NCBI GenBank assembly: GCA_963719515.1
Contig: CAVRCJ010000006.1
Location: forward strand, 192,001 to 256,000
Direction: 5' to 3'
Origin: an uncultured cyanobacterium
Lineage (GTDB): Bacteria > Cyanobacteriota > Cyanobacteriia > CAKZMO01
Length of the DNA: 64,000 nt
Shown here: positions 59,815-64,000 of the stretch, piece after piece
Layout of the letters: every line of letters begins with the position of its first letter
Position numbering within the stretch: the stretch's first letter is position 1
The notes under the pieces: generated by a model
Database searches by the model: none
What the model was told of the DNA's origin: nothing
What the model saw: the letters and a program-made list of their open reading frames with translations, nothing else
Program-made: the position numbers and the translations under genes

Positions 59815-60444
59815 ATGGAGTGGCATATCACCGACGCGCAGAGTTTACGCATTATCGATCAGGAGATAGGCGACCATACTTTTTCACCGGCAGAGTACGA
59901 GATCGTACGGCGGGCAGTCTACGTCACAGCAGACTTTGAGTACGCCAACCTGATTCGCTTTTCTGAGCAAGCCCTGCAGTCTGGCGCAGCGGCTTTAGCC
60001 GCCCGCAGTACCCTCATTGTCGATATGCCTATGGTGCAGGTGGGGATTGCCCCCCTGATTCAGCGCACCTTTGCCAACCCGGTGTACTGCAGCATGGACA
60101 CCCTAACCCGTCCTCAGCGGCAAAAGACGGAGTCGGCCTGGGGCATGGAAACGCTAGCCCACCGCTATCCCGAGGCCATCTGCATCGTGGGTCAGTCTCA
60201 AACGGCGCTGCGATCGCTTATTGAGCTTATTGAGGCGGAGGATATCCGGCCAGCTCTAGTCATTGGCACCCCTGCCGCTTTTGTGGGATTGGACAATATC
60301 GATGAGCGGCTGAAAGACTCGCTGGTGCCTTTTATTCACGTGGCTGGACGCAAAGGGAGTGCAGTAGTGGCGGCGGCGATCGCCTGTGGTTTAGTCGACC
60401 TGGCCTGGCAGGCCTATGGAGAAGGCCACAACATTCGCCCCTAG
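59815..60444 (+). CDS. Precorrin-8X methylmutase-like protein (CobH/CbiC paralogue)
   Basis: QSLRIIDQEIG, TADF, IVDMPMVQVGI, PALVIGTPAAFVG, GRKGSAVVAAA. Confidence 0.8.
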   Translation: MEWHITDAQSLRIIDQEIGDHTFSPAEYEIVRRAVYVTADFEYANLIRFSEQALQSGAAALAARSTLIVDMPMVQVGIAPLIQRTFANPVYCSMDTLTRPQRQKTESAWGMETLAHRYPEAICIVGQSQTALRSLIELIEAEDIRPALVIGTPAAFVGLDNIDERLKDSLVPFIHVAGRKGSAVVAAAIACGLVDLAWQAYGEGHNIRP

Positions 60445-60451
60445 AGCAAAC

Positions 60452-61189
60452 CTAGTATCTAGTCCCAAGCAGCCGCTGGCGCAACCCCTCCGCAATTTTG
60501 TGGCCCAGATATTCTGGAATGAGGCCCTCATTGGGGCCCAAGAGATAAAACAGCAGACGGGTACGGCCTCGCCAGACAAGCAGGTTGGCATTGACCACGA
60601 GCAGGTCTTCCTGCCACAGCGAGTACATCACCTTGTAGAAGAGGCCAGGCTGCGTTTCCGCATCAATCAGCAGCGCAGGCAGGTGAAACACGGGGTCAAT
60701 GTAAAATTCTGTTTCCACATCTGATAGCCCCGCATCAAGATTAAACTCCACCGCCAGCATTTCCTCCACCTCAAATCGCCCGGCCAGGGCTTCATAGACA
60801 GCACGGCGGACGTTGTCTGCAGTACTCTCAGTAAGGGCTTTACTGTCCCGAGAGACGACCAGCTTAATGAACACCAGCATGGGCGGTGAAATCTGACCGT
60901 ACAGGCTCAAGCTGTGAATGGTCAGCCCGTAGGCCGCAAGAACGCCAAAAATGTCGCTGAGCAAAAACGACTGGTTCCTGTAGGCAAAGTGCAGAGCGCT
61001 TTTGCTGGCTTCCGGCCTAACTTCAACAACAGCCTGCCGAGTCTTATGAAGCTGGTAGGCCAGCCGTAGGTTCTGAAGTTGAATCTCGCTGCTTGCGAAC
61101 TGCTCATAGAATTTTGGAAACGCTCGATTAAAGCGTTTGAGGAGACCAACGGTGGCTGGGTTGAGCCCCTGCGTCAGCGAAGCAGGCAC
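60452..61189 (-). CDS. ACT-domain-like hypothetical protein
   Basis: RNQSFLLSDIFGVLAAYGLTIHS and ETQPGLFYKVMYSLWQEDLLVVNA resemble tandem GlnD-type ACT domains; start uncertain (GTG 61189). Confidence 0.7.
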   Translation of the reverse strand: MPASLTQGLNPATVGLLKRFNRAFPKFYEQFASSEIQLQNLRLAYQLHKTRQAVVEVRPEASKSALHFAYRNQSFLLSDIFGVLAAYGLTIHSLSLYGQISPPMLVFIKLVVSRDSKALTESTADNVRRAVYEALAGRFEVEEMLAVEFNLDAGLSDVETEFYIDPVFHLPALLIDAETQPGLFYKVMYSLWQEDLLVVNANLLVWRGRTRLLFYLLGPNEGLIPEYLGHKIAEGLRQRLLGTRY

Positions 61190-61409
61190 AGCGTGACTCC
61201 CAATAGATATGTTTGCCCTGAGCATGATGCGATACCAGTTGACAAGTATGCGTTCAGCGTTCCACGGTGTTTCTATGATAGAGCCGCGACGCAATGCCCC
61301 TGATGAACTCTCTAACCCACAATTTCTTGGAAACTGAAGGCGCTTAGAAGTGATACGGAGGATATACTAGCAGTATTGCGATCTATTGTGACTAGCCAAG
61401 TGCGCCTGC

Positions 61410-61940
61410 ATGGGTTTCTGGAAAAGCTTATTCACCACTGCTGACACCCCTACCACCGTTGCTTCTACCCCCTCTGCTGGCGCTCAGGTGGCCGTAAAAG
61501 TGGCTAGTGATACAGCGGACGATACAAAGTTCTTCTTTACCACCGATAAAGAAATTGATCTTTATGACCTAGAGGAGCTTTGTGATGCGGTCGGCTGGTC
61601 TCGGCGTCCACTGCGCAAGGTCAAAAAGGCAATTCAGTTTAGCTTCCTGGTAGTCGCAATGTGGGAGCAGTGCGGCAATCGCCGCCGTCTGATTGGATTT
61701 TCGAGGGCCACCTCAGACCATGCGTTCAACGCCACCGTGTGGGATGTGGTTGTTCACCCTGATTTTCAGGGCCGCAAGCTGGGCAAGGCCCTGATGAAAT
61801 ATACCATTCAAAAGTTAAGGTCTGAGGACATCAGCAATATCACTCTATTTGCTGACCCTCACGTCGTTGACTTCTACCGCAACCTTGGCTTTGTCTCCGA
61901 CCCGGAAGGCATTAAGGGTATGTTTTGGTATCCCGATTGA
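61410..61940 (+). CDS. GNAT acetyltransferase (Ycf52-like)
   Basis: [51 protein letters not shown]. Confidence 0.9.
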   Translation: MGFWKSLFTTADTPTTVASTPSAGAQVAVKVASDTADDTKFFFTTDKEIDLYDLEELCDAVGWSRRPLRKVKKAIQFSFLVVAMWEQCGNRRRLIGFSRATSDHAFNATVWDVVVHPDFQGRKLGKALMKYTIQKLRSEDISNITLFADPHVVDFYRNLGFVSDPEGIKGMFWYPD

Positions 61941-62198
61941 TGGGGCTCGACTGACCCTCAGTCAACTGCGCCCCTTCACTCAACTGCGCCTCAGATGACC
62001 CACGAGCGCAGCCGCAGGGCTACCGCCAATCGCTGAACTGGCCTATAAAATCCCAGCGGCAGCGCCCTGGGCAAGCCAAGCCTCATAGCGCCTCGGGGGT
62101 GAAGCCGCTCCAGTCAGACAGGTGGAGCGTTATAGGCTGTAAACTAAGGCGATCGCCGCTTTGATTGTCTTGACACCACAATCAGCTAGGCACGACCC

Positions 62199-62411
62199 AT
62201 GGAACTTTTTGCTTATATCGAAGCTTCTGCTCGCCAGCTCATAGCCAGCTCACCGGATGCTGCCGGCCAGAGCGGCACAAAGGCTGCCACGCCGGACGAT
62301 CGCCTCAAGCTAGACGCCGCAGACGATTTAGAAGCCCAAGCGCAGCCCTCTACACCCACAGAGACCCACAGATGGGAAGACGACGCGATGGCGTCCAGCT
62401 GGTGGGTTTAG
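62199..62411 (+). CDS. Small hypothetical protein
   Basis: 70-aa ATG ORF, MELFAYIEASARQL...WEDDAMASSWWV, convergent with the next gene. Confidence 0.5.
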   Translation: MELFAYIEASARQLIASSPDAAGQSGTKAATPDDRLKLDAADDLEAQAQPSTPTETHRWEDDAMASSWWV

Positions 62412-62417
62412 CCTGAA

Positions 62418-62672
62418 CTACCGGTAGTCCAGCTCGGTTTGAGTTTGGGGGTGGGCCAATTCGAAGTTGGTCGGGTCGCGCAGATAGCGGATAACCTCTT
62501 CTTCTAGGCGGTGGATGAGATAGGACTCAATGACATCTGAGTGGCGCAAGGCTGCCAGATAGCCGTCGATGTAATGGCGAAGATCGTCGTAACGATAGCC
62601 CCGCCGCCACTGATCAACCAGGGCATCGGTGATGCGTTGATAGTAGCGAATAGTTTGAGTGTCCTGAAGCAT
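62418..62672 (-). CDS. Conserved cyanobacterial hypothetical protein (DUF6761-like)
   Basis: MLQDTQTIRYYQRITDALV...YLIHRLEEEVIRYLRDPTNF from ATG 62672. Confidence 0.8.
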   Translation of the reverse strand: MLQDTQTIRYYQRITDALVDQWRRGYRYDDLRHYIDGYLAALRHSDVIESYLIHRLEEEVIRYLRDPTNFELAHPQTQTELDYR

Positions 62673-62826
62673 GATAGAGATTTGGCTTTCCCAGCGGTTT
62701 CGCTGTAGAGAGGAACTTAAGGCACAAAGCCTGTAATCTATTGTAACGCCATCCCAAAGGCCATAGAATTTCAAGATGCCCTCTTTGGATGCGGTTGATG
62801 CCTTTTTCGAATAGGGTTGACAGGTC

Positions 62827-64000
62827 TTGACGGACACAGTGGACCAAAAAGCTACAGTGATAGGCCGCCTCCAGTGGCTGCTTACTACGCCTACGACCCC
62901 AGGAGACACCCGCCGAGCGCTGTGGTTTGGCGTCAGTATTGCGGCGGCCTTGCTCTACGCAGGACTGGGGCTGAAAGAGGCATTTGGCAACCCTTATGTC
63001 ATCCATGACGACGTGCGGTCCCACGTCTTTTGGATGTGGCGCTTCTTCGACGCGTCCCTATTTCCCGGCGATCTGGTGACAGACTATTTCCAGTCCGTTG
63101 CCCCCCACGGCTACACGGCGCTTTACCGCGCCGCTGCGGCAGTAGGCATCGATCCGCTCACCTTCAACAAGCTGCTGCCCTTGCCCATCGCCCTAGTCAC
63201 CACAGGCTATTGTTTTTGGCTCACTCTCTCAATCTTGCCGGTTCCTACTGCTGGGTTTCTTGCCTCAGCCTTGCTCAACCAGGCCATCTGGAACACCCAT
63301 GACGTGGCCTCCGCGACCCCTAGGGCGTTTATCTACCCCTTTTTCATGGCGTTCTTGTATTACGTGGCCCAGCGCTCTTTGCTGCCCGCCCTGGTCGCCG
63401 TGGTGCTGCAGGGACTGTTTTACCCCCAGTGCCTGTTTCTCTCGTCGGGGGTGCTGGTGCTGCGGCTGCTAGAGTGGCGCGGGGGGCGACCCCGACTGTC
63501 GCGGGAGCGCCAGGACTACCTGTTTTTCGCCACTGGGTTAGGGGTCGCCTTTATCATGCTGCTGCCCTATGCCCTCAAGATTTCAGACTATGGCCCGGTG
63601 CTCACGGTGGCAGAAGCCAAAAAACTGCCCACCTTGGCGGGTGACGGCCGAAAAAACTTCTTTTTTGACAACCCGATTAAATTTTGGCTCTGCGGCGAGC
63701 GTTCGGGCATCTTGCCCTACAGCTGGTGCAAATACGAGCGGCCCCCGGAGCTATGGGCCTCCCTAGCGCTGCCGCTGCTGCTCTGGCCGCGGCGATCGCC
63801 ATCATCGTCAGCGAAGCCACCGTCACCACCGCAAACATCACTAAAGCAGGTGACGCCCCAAGTTTATCTACTGCTCCAGGTTATCGCCGCTTCTGTGGGC
63901 ATGTTCTTCCTGGCCCATATCCTGCTGTTTCGGCTGCATTTGCCCAGCCGCTATATAAAGCACAGCGTGCCTATGGTGGTGGCGATCGCCGCCGGATTAT
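62827..64000 (+). CDS. Polytopic membrane protein (GT-C glycosyltransferase-like), running off the window end
   Basis: Manual translation: YVIHDDVRSHVFWMWRFFDASLFPGDLVTDYFQSVAPHGY...SATPRAF, many TM helices; no stop seen before the window end. Confidence 0.7.
   Translation, partial: MTDTVDQKATVIGRLQWLLTTPTTPGDTRRALWFGVSIAAALLYAGLGLKEAFGNPYVIHDDVRSHVFWMWRFFDASLFPGDLVTDYFQSVAPHGYTALYRAAAAVGIDPLTFNKLLPLPIALVTTGYCFWLTLSILPVPTAGFLASALLNQAIWNTHDVASATPRAFIYPFFMAFLYYVAQRSLLPALVAVVLQGLFYPQCLFLSSGVLVLRLLEWRGGRPRLSRERQDYLFFATGLGVAFIMLLPYALKISDYGPVLTVAEAKKLPTLAGDGRKNFFFDNPIKFWLCGERSGILPYSWCKYERPPELWASLALPLLLWPRRSPSSSAKPPSPPQTSLKQVTPQVYLLLQVIAASVGMFFLAHILLFRLHLPSRYIKHSVPMVVAIAAGL

Noticed and set aside
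62025..62130. Possible riboswitch (AATCGCTGAA start, hairpin CGCTCCA...TGGAGCG)
   Set aside because: I could not fit the conserved core of c-di-AMP, ZTP or other families by eye; an Rfam/Infernal scan would be needed.

Overview
A chromosomal segment from a cyanobacterium, with HIP1 octamers (GCGATCGC) throughout; a filamentous Leptolyngbya/Nodosilinea-like organism is my inference. It is mostly core metabolism: the carboxysome genes ccmK-L-M divergent from the CO2-uptake genes ndhF4-ndhD4-cupB, two class III adenylate/guanylate cyclases, cyanophycin cphB-cphA, trmD, ispF, hslO, ackA, coaX, psbV, pnp, sasA, tsaB, ftsH, eda, hemC and several transporters. The main accessory block (about 16.8-22.2 kb) holds two cas-less CRISPR arrays with different but related repeats (18 full repeats plus 1 truncated; 10 repeats). 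Between them lie a degenerate 21-bp repeat tract and a divergent pair of genes, an unknown protein and a ribbon-helix-helix regulator, with a perfect 16-bp palindrome between them. Several miniature mobile elements surround the arrays. Other notable items are an in-frame CysE-CysH fusion downstream of a TetR gene with a shared operator-like motif, a 27-nt in-frame double-hairpin insertion splitting a HIP1 site inside cupB, and an uncharacterised three-gene cell-surface cluster. All calls come from reading the sequence and recognising motifs; no database searches were run.
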